From Eledone cirrhosa (Eukaryota): a DNA stretch of 64,000 bases. Both the position numbers and the translations under genes were made by a program. The notes beneath the pieces are model-generated. The model searched no databases, was not told the DNA's origin, and saw only the letters and a program-made list of their open reading frames with translations. The stretch lies in assembly GCA_964016885.1 (NCBI GenBank), contig OZ024744.1, positions 112,468,001 to 112,532,000 on the forward strand, in the 5' to 3' direction. How positions within the stretch are numbered: the stretch's first letter is position 1; each line of letters begins with the position of its first letter. Shown piece after piece: positions 50,744 through 61,484 of the stretch.

Positions 50744-52910
50744 TAGTTCCCTAATTACTGAATTCCCATCTATTTCTATTGAGTTTGTGCTTGTCATTCT
50801 GCCTTTCTTCAATGTTACTATACAGCATTTTCCAGTCCAACCTCAATCCCCTCATAATCGCTGAACACCTTAACTGTTTTCAGCAATCCTTCCAAATTGT
50901 TCTCATTTTTGGCATACAGCTTCCAGTCATCCATATAAAACAGGTAATTTATTGTTTTACTGTCTATTTTGTAGCCAAATTTTGTTTTGTTGAGTGCTAA
51001 AGACAACTGTGTGAGAGCAATGTAAAATATTGGAGGAGAAAACAAATCCCCCTAAAAAACACCACAGTTAATACTTATGCTCTTGGAATATATAATTCCA
51101 TCACTGTGTGGCAATGATAGGTTTGTATTCCAAATGTTGTATTTCAAGAAATTTGCTATTACTGGGGAAATCTTCAGAACATCCAAAGTTTTCAAAATCC
51201 ATGAGTGGGGAACACTGTCAAATGCTTTCTTATATTAAATTCAAGCAGTACTCAGATTTCTATACATTTTATGATGGTTTTCCAGAATCATGTGGTTAAT
51301 GAGAAGTTGGTCTTTGCACCCGTATGACCCACGGCGGCAACCTTTCTGCTCAATAGGGAAAAGATGATTTTCATCCATAAATTTGTAGGTTGTCTAAACA
51401 AGATAGATGTGAGAATCTTGTATGACATTGGAAAGCAAGTGGTAGGGCAATAATTTCTTTCTGTCAACTTTGGCAATAGATATGCTATACCTTGTAAACA
51501 CCAATCAGGGTTTTATCAGGGTTGTGCATAACTTCGTTATAACATTTTACCAACATATCATGGGTAGAATTCTTCAATTTCATGAATCGAAGGAGGTTCC
51601 TTTACTTGAATTGTCTGCGTCCCAATTTCCCTATAACATTTTTTCTCATCAGACATAAACAGTTTGTTTTGCCTGTAAAACCTATTTCGTTTTTCAAATT
51701 TTCTGATCCTTTGAGTTTTCAGCTTAACTTTCTGTTTCAGGGTTTCTTTGATTGATGGAATATCAGACTTTGAAGTTACATTGTATTTCTTAATCACTTT
51801 CCTTCCTTTTCTTGACAGACTTCCCACCACATATTTCATCCAGGATCAATATTTCTTCCCTCGTCATTTCAAAATCTTTCTCAATTTTTAACTTACAGGA
51901 TGGTTTTTTGTGGGGGAATGTTGTGTCTTTTTTGCTTTTTCTTTAACCCACATTTCCTCTCTATTACAGTTGCTGCTGCATAACCTCATTTAGTTCTGAT
52001 ATATCAGGCTCAATCTCCTCAATTATTGCTTTAACAGCCTGATTTCCAGTTCTCATGTGTTTTTATTCTGGTTGTTACTTGTCAATTTTTGCAAGGACCC
52101 TCGTTCACCCATACTAATGCTTTTTATTTTTCCAAGTTCATTGAGAATTTCTTGTTTTGCCTTCTCTATCTGATCTTTATGTTCATGAGTAGAAGTACCC
52201 TTATCCATATTGTCAACCTACCCTTCAGCTTGACCCTGCTCTGTTTCTGATACCCTCAATGTTCTGTGGAATCTCTCCTGTTCACAATAAGTTTTGTGCT
52301 GTCTCTTCTGTCACATATTCATTTCTGTCCCTTTCTCATATTGACATTTTCAAATCTTCTTCAACTGTTGTCTAAACTTTATTTAACTCTGCAACTGTTA
52401 GTCTCTTGTTTCTAATAATATTTCTTCTTACATTTGCAAGTTTGTTTTCGTCCAGGTTCAGTATTCTATCAGGATTTCTTTCTCTCCATATCCTAAAGTA
52501 ATTACTAGGTATTTGATTCTGATCGTTTGCCCAATGGGGGATAGAATGTGTACATCACTTCTTTATACTCTTCTTAAGTCCATTTAGTACGTTGATATTA
52601 TTCTCGTTCAAGTGACCATTCAAGTCCGTATTTGGAGAAAAGCCTGTTTCAGCTGCAGACTTTCGACCCAAGGCTGGTTCCTCCCTGAGGGAAGCGGTCC
52701 TTGTTGACCCGGGCTACCACTGATACGGTATATGATTTTGTCTGTAAACATTGCGGGGCTTTGTTTTTGTTTAATTATGTATTTTATCCTTCACCGCCAA
52801 GAGGTAATTTTATTCAAGATACCACCTCTAGGGCGATTATCAGCCAAGATTAGTGAGCTGGTCCTGCCCATAACGCACAGCTACTCCCCGTCGGGTGCCA
52901 GAGAATGTAT
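50744..52910 (-). pseudogene. R4/Dong-type LINE: 5' UTR, N-terminal region and RT, decayed
   Basis: YLFYMDDWKLYAK, NYCPTTCFPMSYKILT, EQKGCRRGSYGCKDQLLIN, RIRKFEKRNRFYRQNKLF, KLANVRRNII. A TAA-like tract lies at ~52908-52920. Confidence 0.85.
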
Positions 52911-52979
52911 TACTATTAGTGACGTCCTTAATGTTTTCTTCATGTAAACATTTTGTGGTCAGTACAGAAATCATTATCA

Positions 52980-53160
52980 CTTGGCAGTATCGGTAGAGGG
53001 TCGGACGCCATGCTTTCCAGCATAGAGTTACGTCCCTTTATGATCTGAGTTCAAATCCCGCCGAGGTTGACTTTACCTTTCCTCCTTACGGGGTCGATAA
53101 AATAAAGTACCAGTAATGAACTGGGTAATTGCTGGCCTTGTGCCTAAAGTAGAAACAATT
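52980..53160 (+). mobile_element. tRNA-derived SINE
   Basis: TGGCAGTATCGG (A-box-like), GAGTTCAAATCC (B box), conserved CCTTACGGGGTCGATAAAATAAAGTACCAG core, ends GTAGAAACAATT. Confidence 0.85.
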
Positions 53161-53543
53161 ATCACTATCATCATCATCATCATCATCACCATCACCACCA
53201 TCACCATCATCACTATCACTATCACTATCCGCACCACCACCACCATCAGTATCACTATCCTCACCATCACCATCACCATCAGCACCATCATCACCATCAC
53301 CATCAGCACCACCACCATCACCATCAACACCACCATCACCATCAACACCATCACCATCAACATCACCACCACCACCACCACCATCAACACCATCACCACC
53401 ATCACCATCAACACTATCCTCACCACCACCATCACCATCAATATCACCATCCTCACCACCATCACTATCCTCACCATCCCCACCATCACCACCACCACCA
53501 CCATCATCACCATCATCACCATCATCACCATCACCATCAATCA
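53161..53543. repeat. Degenerate (CAT/CAC)n trinucleotide tract at the SINE 3' end
   Basis: Seen directly; it explains the low-complexity ORFs here. Confidence 0.92.
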
Positions 53544-53821
53544 TACTATTGTTACTGTCGCTACCCTCCCCGAGTCTCGACTACCATACTATTTCGGTTT
53601 GGTATAGGGAGAGACAGCTACTATCATCCAAATTTCATTGGTCAACCTGAGAGATGCGTGATGTCGGTGTTAGGGTGGCGGTGGGGTCAGGTTTTGTAAA
53701 GAGGCGGCGGGGTGCTGGTTAAGAAACTGTGTTGTAGGAACAGTAAAAAAAACAAAAAAAGGAGAGAGAACTCAATAGCCTAGAAAGAGAACGTAGTGCG
53801 AGTGATTGTTATCATTAAAAA

Positions 53822-54012
53822 GGGCGGTGGATTGGCAGTACCGGTAGAGGGTCGGACGCCATGCTTTGACGCATAGAGTTACGGCCCTTGCCATTCTGAG
53901 TTCAAATCCCGCCGAGGTTAACTTTGCCTTTCATCCTTACGGGGTCGATAAAATAAAGTACTAGTAATACACTGGGGTAATTGCTGGCCTTGTGCCTAAA
54001 GTAGAAACAATT
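53822..54012 (+). mobile_element. tRNA-derived SINE, full length
   Basis: Same family as 52980-53160. Confidence 0.88.
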
Positions 54013-54025
54013 ATCATTAATAGTA

Positions 54026-54424
54026 GAGCAGTGGTTTGGCAGTATCGGTGGGGGGTCAGGTACCATACTTTGCAGTATATGAGTTATGGCCCTTTACGTT
54101 CTGAGTTCAAATCCCGCCGAGGTTAACTTTGCCTTTCATCCTTACGGGGTCGATAAAATAATTGTTTCTACTTTTGGCACAAGGCCAGCAATTATCCCAG
54201 TGCATTACTGGTACTTTATTCTATCGACCCCCGTAAGGATGAAAGGCAAAGTTAACCTCGGCGGGATTTGAACTCAGACCGTAAAGAGCCGTAACTCTTT
54301 GATGCAAATATAGCGTCCGACCCTCTACCGATATTGCCAACGCCCTTTAATACTGCCAATCCACCGGGGTCGATAAAATAATGCACTGGGGTAATTGCTG
54401 GCCTTGTGCTAAAAGTAGAAGCAT
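54026..54424 (+). mobile_element. SINE interrupted by an antisense copy of the same family (54163-54364)
   Basis: The 18-bp TSD CGGGGTCGATAAAATAAT at 54145-54162 and 54365-54382 flanks a minus-strand SINE. Confidence 0.85.
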
Positions 54425-55222
54425 TATTATTATTATTATTATTGTTGTGTTATTTTGTTTAGCTCAGTTCTGTTTCTCTGTTGCCAGGTTCAGGTCTTGA
54501 ACCTAGGACAATAGAGGTTTCCATTGTAGAGAGAGAACTTGTCTGAGAATGTGTGTTGTTCCTAGTAGCCTCATCTTCTGTAGCTCATATTTACTGATCT
54601 TGCAGGGAAGGACGCTAAGGTGTAGGTCTGAGGATTTGGGTATTAATCCTAATGCCCCTATTACCCCAGGGATAGTGTTTGTGGTCATCCTCCATATGTG
54701 GTTGATCTCTATTTCCAGGTCTTTGGTTTTTGACAGTTTCTCCATTGTTTTTATAGATGTATTCTTGTCAGCTGGTATGGAAATATCTATAAGGCTACAT
54801 GTCTGATCTGTTTTGTTTTTATGATATCTGGTCTGTTGGCAGCAATTTCTAGGTCGGTTATCACAGGCATATCCTACAAGATGGATATGTTACCCTTTTC
54901 CATTACTGTTTTTGGTTGATGTTCATACCATTTGCTAGAAGTTTGGATGTCATGAGAGCGGCAGAGCATCCAGTGCACATATTTGGCAATGCAGTTGTGT
55001 CTTTCGATATAGTCAGTTTTTGCCAGCTCTGGACACCCGGAGATAACATGATCTACCATTTCTTCATGTTTGTAGCATATTCTACATAGAGGGCTAGTCC
55101 CATCTTTCACTATACTGTGTCTATAGGCCCGAGTGTTTAGAGATTGGTCTTGTACAGCAACTAAGAGTCCTTCAGTCTCTGCTTTCAAACCAGCACTTCT
55201 GAGCCAGGATAGTGAGCCATGC
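54424..55222 (-). pseudogene. R4/Dong-type LINE 3' end: CCHC finger plus restriction-like endonuclease, ending in (TAA)n
   Basis: ETEGLLVAVQDQ, CRICYKHEEMVDHVISGC, RHN, NRPDI..LIDISIPAD, EKLSK, VIGALG; (ATT)n tract at ~54423-54443. Confidence 0.9.
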
Positions 55223-56330
55223 TGTCACGTCTAAGAAATTAACTGTCCTAGTATTACGTTCTATATCTCTCATCAGGCTGTACTTCTTAAAGAAGAACCT
55301 AAGTCGCTTATGTAGTCTTTCTATTTGGCTATTGTTAAGTTCACGGGCTGTGAGCGGAGCGCCGTCTCTGTACAGTCCTCCGCCTAAGCTAGGGATCTCA
55401 TCTGCTAAGAGGTACAAGCCGACAACGTTCGTGATTTTGGCGGAATACCTCGACCCCATCGTAATGTCAAAGCTGTCGGGTCTATTTTGTCTCTCCCATA
55501 GCGTACTATCGAATTCTAGTAATGTTTTCCTAGCTACTATAATGATGTCAACTTCCTTTCTAGTGAGGCTGGATCTATGGCTGAGATCAATGTCTTGTTC
55601 AAGATGTCCGGGGATATTGAGGCATAGAAATTCGATATGTCGAGTTGTATAAATCAAACTTCGGACTTGATGTCCATGCTAGAGAACCAGTCTATGACCT
55701 CTCTAGTACAAGACCACAGGCTGAGTTTATTGCTATTTCTAAGTTCAGGTATTATTCGGTTGATAATAGTTTTACTAAGTCTTCCACGGTCTGATTTGGA
55801 GGGTGCTATAAGCCTAACCGATAGCTTACTCTGAAAGTCCGGTTTGAGGTCTTTAATTGAGATCCTAGGTTTCCTAGGGCTGTAGGGTTGTGTCCTACCG
55901 GCGATCTTAAGTTCAGTCATTATCGTCTTGGCCTGATTGTTTATGTGGGTGTGATTATGTGTTGTTGTTTTGAAGTTTTTTTTTGTATTTCGCTTGTGAT
56001 GCATTTCTGGTCCGCTGGTACTAGTATACCAGGGCACTTTTTAATGTCCTTTAATGTCCTTCATGATGGATGCAAGTCTTGACAGGTATGTCCTTCTGTC
56101 AGAATTATGTCGTGGTTTTTTTAAATTTAATGTTCCGGATCATGGTAATGATACTGTCTTCAAAATCTTCGAGGTGTGCATTGTGTGGTGGAGGATCTCT
56201 CGTTGATTTGAAGAGTCTTTTCAGGTGTTGGTTACTGTCACTGCCGGTTCTTTTGGCCTTTCTGTTGTTGTAGTGGTAGGCTCTCCAGCGGATCTTTCTG
56301 ATGAATGAGTTAGTTTGTTGTAATAGTAGC
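55223..56330 (-). pseudogene. Penelope-like element RT fragment
   Basis: FIRKIRWRA, IKDLKPDF..VRLIAPSKSD.GRLSK, EVIDWF, LDISNFYASI, FDITMGS, GLYRD, VNFLDVT. Confidence 0.85.
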
Positions 56331-56407
56331 CGCGTGAGTGTATATCTGTGGCTACGTATACTATGTATATATGTGTGTGTGTATGTGTGTGTGCATGTGT
56401 GTGTCTG

Positions 56408-56444
<37 letters not shown>

Positions 56445-56677
56445 ATATATTTAGAAACACACAGATACATGCGGACACACACATATACATGAATGCATCC
56501 ACACCCAACCGTGAGTTAATGGTGCCAACCTCACCGATATTGCTCAATGAATGACTGGGACAGACCAATCCGGTTGAACTAGACTGAACCAGTATCAGAG
56601 TTAAAAATACATTATGAAGAGAGAAGAAACATTTAGATATAATTAGTAATAAAATGTATCATACCTAAACTGCTCCT

Positions 56678-56776
56678 AGATTCCTCGACTACGTAGTTTC
56701 GTGGCATAAACAAAAACAATACATCATAAAGATATAGAGTCTTTGCGAGGTCTGCCGACTTATCAAGAGGATACCT
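56678..56776 (-). ncRNA. Hammerhead motif, U3-A8 variant (mirror copy)
   Basis: Reverse complement of 57185-57283. Confidence 0.65.
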
Positions 56777-57184
56777 CATTTTACTAGCTTCAAGAACACG
56801 CCTACACGACGTGAGAAAGAATCCCAAAAGGCGGAGGGGGAGATAGTCACGCGATATAACGGTCGAGAAACAGAGCTAAGCCTCTGTGTGTGTCCGCATG
56901 TATCTGTGTGTTTCTAAATATATTGTTAATAACTCCCTCTGGTCGAGTAATCTTTGAAGTGTGGTGACTGCTGGAAAGCTGTCATTACTCATACTTCTCG
57001 TCTCCTTCACCACCTCTTCTACGGCTTCGATATAAAAACCCCCTCCGCCTCTGTGGTATTTTCTTCGGGGTTATAAGAGGCTTAGCTCTGTTTCTCGACC
57101 GTTATATCGCGTGACTATCTCCCCCTCCGCCTTTTGGGATTCTTTCTCACGTCGTGTAGGCGTGTTCTTGAAGCTAGTAAAATG

Positions 57185-57283
57185 AGGTATCCTCTTGATA
57201 AGTCGGCAGACCTCGCAAAGACTCTATATCTTTATGATGTATTGTTTTTGTTTATGCCACGAAACTACGTAGTCGAGGAATCT
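57185..57283 (+). ncRNA. Hammerhead motif, U3-A8 variant core, extended stem II, GUC site
   Basis: AGGTATCCTC-TTGATAA(57195-57201)-GTCGGCA..59 nt..TGCCAC-GAAA(57261-57264)-CTACGTAG-TC-GAGGAATCT. Confidence 0.68.
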
Positions 57284-57393
57284 AGGAGCAGTTTAGGTAT
57301 GATACATTTTATTACTAATTATATCTAAATGTTTCTTCTCTCTTCATAATGTATATATATATATGACCTTTTCTGTTTCCAACTGAAATTTCA

Positions 57394-57397
<4 letters not shown>

Positions 57398-57451
<54 letters not shown>
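57398..57451. repeat. (TA)n microsatellite
   Basis: Seen directly. Confidence 0.95.
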
Positions 57452-57453
<2 letters not shown>

Positions 57454-57641
57454 GGATTAGAGCAAACATCACGGACGCTCTATCTCAAAATTATTTTTGA
57501 AAAGCATTAGAAATGCGCAACCGGTAAAACTTAAAACCAAAACTGAATACTAACCAATACTATTACTAATTCTCACTTATTCCTAATTAAACTATTTTTC
57601 ACTGTGAACAATTTGTCAGCATTTTCTTTTCCATTTACCAA

Positions 57642-57776
<135 letters not shown>

Positions 57777-57890
57777 GTTAGCACATATAGTTAGTGTAAC
57801 AACTAATTCATTTATTTATTCTTCTATTTATTTCACACACCAGCCATAATCCTTAATCACATTTTCCTAGTACTACAAAACCCTTTAATA

Positions 57891-58088
57891 ATTGTTTCTA
57901 CGTTTGGCACAAGGCCAGCAATTTCCTCAGTGCATTACTGGTGCTTTATTTTTATCGACCCCGTAAGGATCAAAAGCAAAATTAACCTCGGCGGGATTTG
58001 AACTCAGACCGTAAAGGGCCGTAACTCTTTGATGCAAATATAGCGTCCGACCCTCTAACCGATATTGCCAACGCTCTTTAATATCGGT
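57891..58088 (-). mobile_element. tRNA-derived SINE, same subfamily as 54163-54364
   Basis: Near-identical to the antisense SINE at 54.2 kb, including the GCGTTGGCAATATCGG head. Confidence 0.85.
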
Positions 58089-58099
58089 TACATACTAAA

Positions 58100-58700
58100 T
58101 ACACGATAGAAAACGTTAGACATCCTACCCCCTACATTCTTATTCCCCACGGTATTCTTAACTTAGGTTTATTTACTTTTATTTATTTTTTTATTTTTAT
58201 TCCTCTCCAACAAACCTGTGACCAACAGAAAACCCACATGCCCTTTAGTACCACATCGCACCCTTTCATCTCCCATCACTTATCACCCCTAACCACCTCT
58301 ACAATCACACCCAGTACCCTCGCTTCACCACATATACGCCATAAACAGCCAAATCACCACACCTCCCACAACTCACACCAACCATCACTCCCCACCACCA
58401 TGTCTTCATTATAATTCTTCCCCTCCCCTATCGCACAGACCAAAACATTCCTTCTAGCAAAGCCACCAATCAAAACGAACTTTAACTGACCACCATAAAT
58501 GAATGTGAATCGTTAAAGAACTTTTCGACGCGCCAACATGTTCCTTCTGTCATTTCCAGAACAGATGTCCGACGAGCTTTTGATTCCAGAGTCGGGCCAG
58601 ATCGATACAGATCGAACATTGAGCTGATAAATAACGAAACGCGCCGCGCGTCACTACTCAATAAATGTAATGAAGACATAACAAATCGTCCTTTTTATTA
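58100..58700 (+). mobile_element. PLE-like 3' terminal region, a diverged relative of 59371-59800
   Basis: Shares the CA-rich tract, CCACCAATCAAAAC, the hammerhead block, AATAAA and AATCGTCCTTTTTAT before (TA)n. Confidence 0.65.
58563..58658 (+). ncRNA. Hammerhead motif with CCGACGA core and extended stem II
   Basis: AGATGT-CCGACGA(58569-58575)-G..60 nt..C-GAAA(58636-58639)-CGCG(ccg)CGCG-TC-ACTACT; stem I pairs at only 4 of 6 positions. Confidence 0.55.
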
Positions 58701-58748
58701 TATATATATTGTTATATTTGGGGATGGCCATGTTGCAAATTGCAAATA

Positions 58749-58885
58749 CAGTGAAATTCCGTTATAACGAAATTCATGGGGTATTAAAAAATTTTGATGA
58801 AACGAAAAATTCTTTATAACAAGATCAACCGAAACAAAGCGAGCGTTTATTTGTTATACTGAAAAATTCGTTATGATGGTATTTT
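58749..58885 (+). mobile_element. pogo/Tigger-like (Tc1-mariner) terminal fragment
   Basis: TA followed by CAGTGAAATTCCGTTATAACGAA, with degenerate subterminal TTCGTTATA repeats; the partner TIR was not found. Confidence 0.5.
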
Positions 58886-59011
58886 GTTCTGCGCCAGCAT
58901 TGTGGATGACACAGTGTTTTGTAAAAGCACATGTGTAACTCACAGGGAGAAAACCTCAGATTTTGGCAAATGAATTCAGTATGTGTAAATCCATGCAAAA
59001 AATTGCATAAA

Positions 59012-59057
<46 letters not shown>

Positions 59058-59110
59058 GGAGGTGAGTGTTATTGTAGTACAATAAAGCAATGCAGATATC
59101 GGATAAGAAG

Positions 59111-59182
59111 CACTCTACAGTTTGTAGGACTGGAGTATACATAATACACTCTACAGTTTGTAGGACTGGAGTATACATAATA
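59111..59182. repeat. 36-bp tandem duplication
   Basis: CACTCTACAGTTTGTAGGACTGGAGTATACATAATA twice. Confidence 0.9.
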
Positions 59183-59354
59183 TATAAGATCAAAAGATTG
59201 TTAAATGAGTTCCATGTATTTTATTATGCGCATTTCAAAAACAAATATCATCTGATGAAAACACAAATGTTATTGCATGATGATATTTGTTTTTGAAATG
59301 CGCATAATAAAATACATGGAACTCATTTAACCATCTTTTGATCTTATATATTAT
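59177..59354. repeat. Hairpin with 75-bp arms (1 mismatch) and a 28-nt loop beginning CTGATGA
   Basis: Arms at 59177-59251 and 59280-59354; followed by (TA)n. Confidence 0.9.
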
Positions 59355-59416
59355 ATATATATATATATATAGAAAGGATAAAAAGGACGATTGATTATTC
59401 CTTCATTGCATTTATT

Positions 59417-59508
59417 GATAGGTGACGCGCGTTTCGCCACTGATCAGCTCAAGGTTCGATCTATATCGATCCTACTCGACTCAATAATCGGCAGTTCGAC
59501 GGACCCTC
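59417..59508 (-). ncRNA. Hammerhead motif with CCGUCGA core and extended stem II
   Basis: Minus strand: GAGGGT-CCGTCGA-ACTG..CAGTGGC-GAAA-CGCGCG-TC-ACCTATC; homologous to 58563-58658. Confidence 0.55.
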
Positions 59509-61484
59509 TTAAAATGCTATAAGAAAATGAAATACATGCTATGTGGTAAAGTCAGAGTTTCAAGAGTTTGACAAAATGAGATGTTTTGATTGGTGGGAAG
59601 GATCAAGGCGATGTACTGGCCTGTAGTGTATATGGGGGTGGGTGTGATGGTGAGATGTTGGTGACGGTCTGTGGATGAGGTGGGCTGTGGTGTGGTGTGG
59701 TGGTGGTGGGTTGGCCTTGGCGTGTAGAGTATATGGGGATGGTGGTTAAGGTTATTTAGTGGGATGGGCTGTGGTTTGAGCTTAGTGGATTGTCAGTAGA
59801 CGGGTTGGCGTGTGGGTGGGGGTGTGGTAGTGGTGTCTTTGTTTATGGTAGCGGCGTTTGTGGTGGTGTGGTGGATGTATTGGTGGCGTCAGGTCCATAC
59901 ATAGATACATAGTTAGACGCTCTTCGTCTGACAGATACCTTGTATATACGTATACGTACACACATATATGTATATATGTGCACATATATTGTTGTATAAA
60001 CACACACAACATAAAACACATACGCACATCCTTGCCCACACATATCGGCATACGCTCACACACAGCCATATGTATATGTACACACATGTATGTGCATGCG
60101 CGCATGCGGACACGAATATGGGGAGTGGGGGAATATCGGTGGGGGTGGCGAACGACAGAGATGGGGGGAAGGTGAGAGGCGATGTAGAAGGTGTTTCACA
60201 TATATACATACACATACATACACATGGGTATGGGCATATGGACTCACACTCATGTATGCAAGATATACATATACACACGTATACTCACACATATATATAT
60301 ATATATATATGTGTACACATATATATTTATATACACACACATGTACCGACAACACACACATACACGCACATATACACATATGCATACACATATATATATA
60401 TATACAGATATATATATACACACACATAGACATATGCATACACGTGTTCACATACACACACATACACACACACACACATAGAGATAAATTTGCGTACACG
60501 CACGCACACTTAAAACGCCCGTATGAGTAAAATACTTACACACAGACACACACACTATTGTTGGTTGGGGAGTGGAGGTATGTGTTGTCGGTGTTGATGA
60601 AGTATGGAGTTGTGTTTTGTGGTGGTGGAGTTGTGAGGGGCAAAAATATATATACCGGATCGAATACCGGTTAAAAGGTGACATAGGGAACGCGGGGGAA
60701 AAGCGTTTATGGACGTACGGCGATGTGTGTTGTGGACATGGTGATGGTGGTGGTGCTGGGGTGATATGTTCGGCAAGATGATTACATGATCAGAGGTTAC
60801 GGTGTGTTATATGGTAGGCAGACGGGTGGTGGGGGGTATATAATACAGTCGATTTGGGAGCGAGGGATATGTGTTGATGATGTAATGATAATGATTGTTG
60901 AAGTATGTGGATGTATTTAGTGGTGGCGGTGGTTGTGTGTGCGTGCGACAGTACAGCTACAGGGTCGAATTTAGCGTGGGGTTGCAAGTTAGGGTAGATA
61001 GAGGGAACATGGGGAGGATGAGGTTGCAGGCGTGTATGGTATGCACATGACGATGTGTGGTGTGGTGGTGGTGGCGATGGTGTGATATGATCGACATTGT
61101 ATTTACAAGGTAGAACGTATCATATGGTACCGATCTAATACGATGTTGCAACGATGAGGTGTGTATGTTGGTGTGAATTATGGTGGTGGTGATGGTGATG
61201 TGTGCGGCATGATATACAAATGGGGGCTTAGAGATGGTAACGTGGAGTACAATGCAATAAGTTCATTGAGGTGGGCGATGTTGAGACGGGGTATAGGTGG
61301 TTATTAATATGGTGTGTCGTGGTTAGTGTGATTTTTGGTGTGGGTTATGTATGCGGCATGATATACAAAATATGGGCTTACATATGGTTAAATTCAATGA
61401 AATGAAATAAGATAAAGCGAAGTTAGATTAGAATTAAAGTTCGTTGAGATGGGCGATGGTGATACGGGGCAGGTGTGGTTATTA

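Larger units (their letters stand above)
56607..57354. mobile_element. Non-coding element with perfect 279-bp inverted repeats (56607-56885 / 57076-57354), like a PLE inverted terminal repeat
   Basis: The arms are exact reverse complements (the identical 64-aa ORFs on both strands confirm this). The right arm ends in (TA)n, and each arm carries a hammerhead motif. Confidence 0.85.

Noticed and set aside
52790-52910. HDV-like ribozyme in the R4/Dong 5' UTR
   Set aside because: Hairpins and a CTAA are present and such ribozymes are known in this position, but I could not assign P1/P2/P3 by eye. A descriptor search is needed.
53073-53607. Asp/Gly-, Met/Val- or Thr/Ile-rich proteins
   Set aside because: These are translations of a (CAT/CAC)n tract running into a SINE.
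53822-54012. tRNA gene
   Set aside because: A and B boxes are present but there is no cloverleaf; it is multi-copy with a shared body, tail and TSDs, so it is a SINE.
54424-56330. Novel chimeric retroelement with a Penelope RT and a restriction-like endonuclease
   Set aside because: Both parts are decayed, the PLE RT stops at FLDVT without a thumb, and there is a single junction. Nested insertion or deletion is simpler unless the junction recurs elsewhere.
56633-57328. Duplicated 64-aa gene on opposite strands
   Set aside because: It is a by-product of the perfect inverted repeat, has a non-ATG start and no protein motif, and overlaps the hammerhead.
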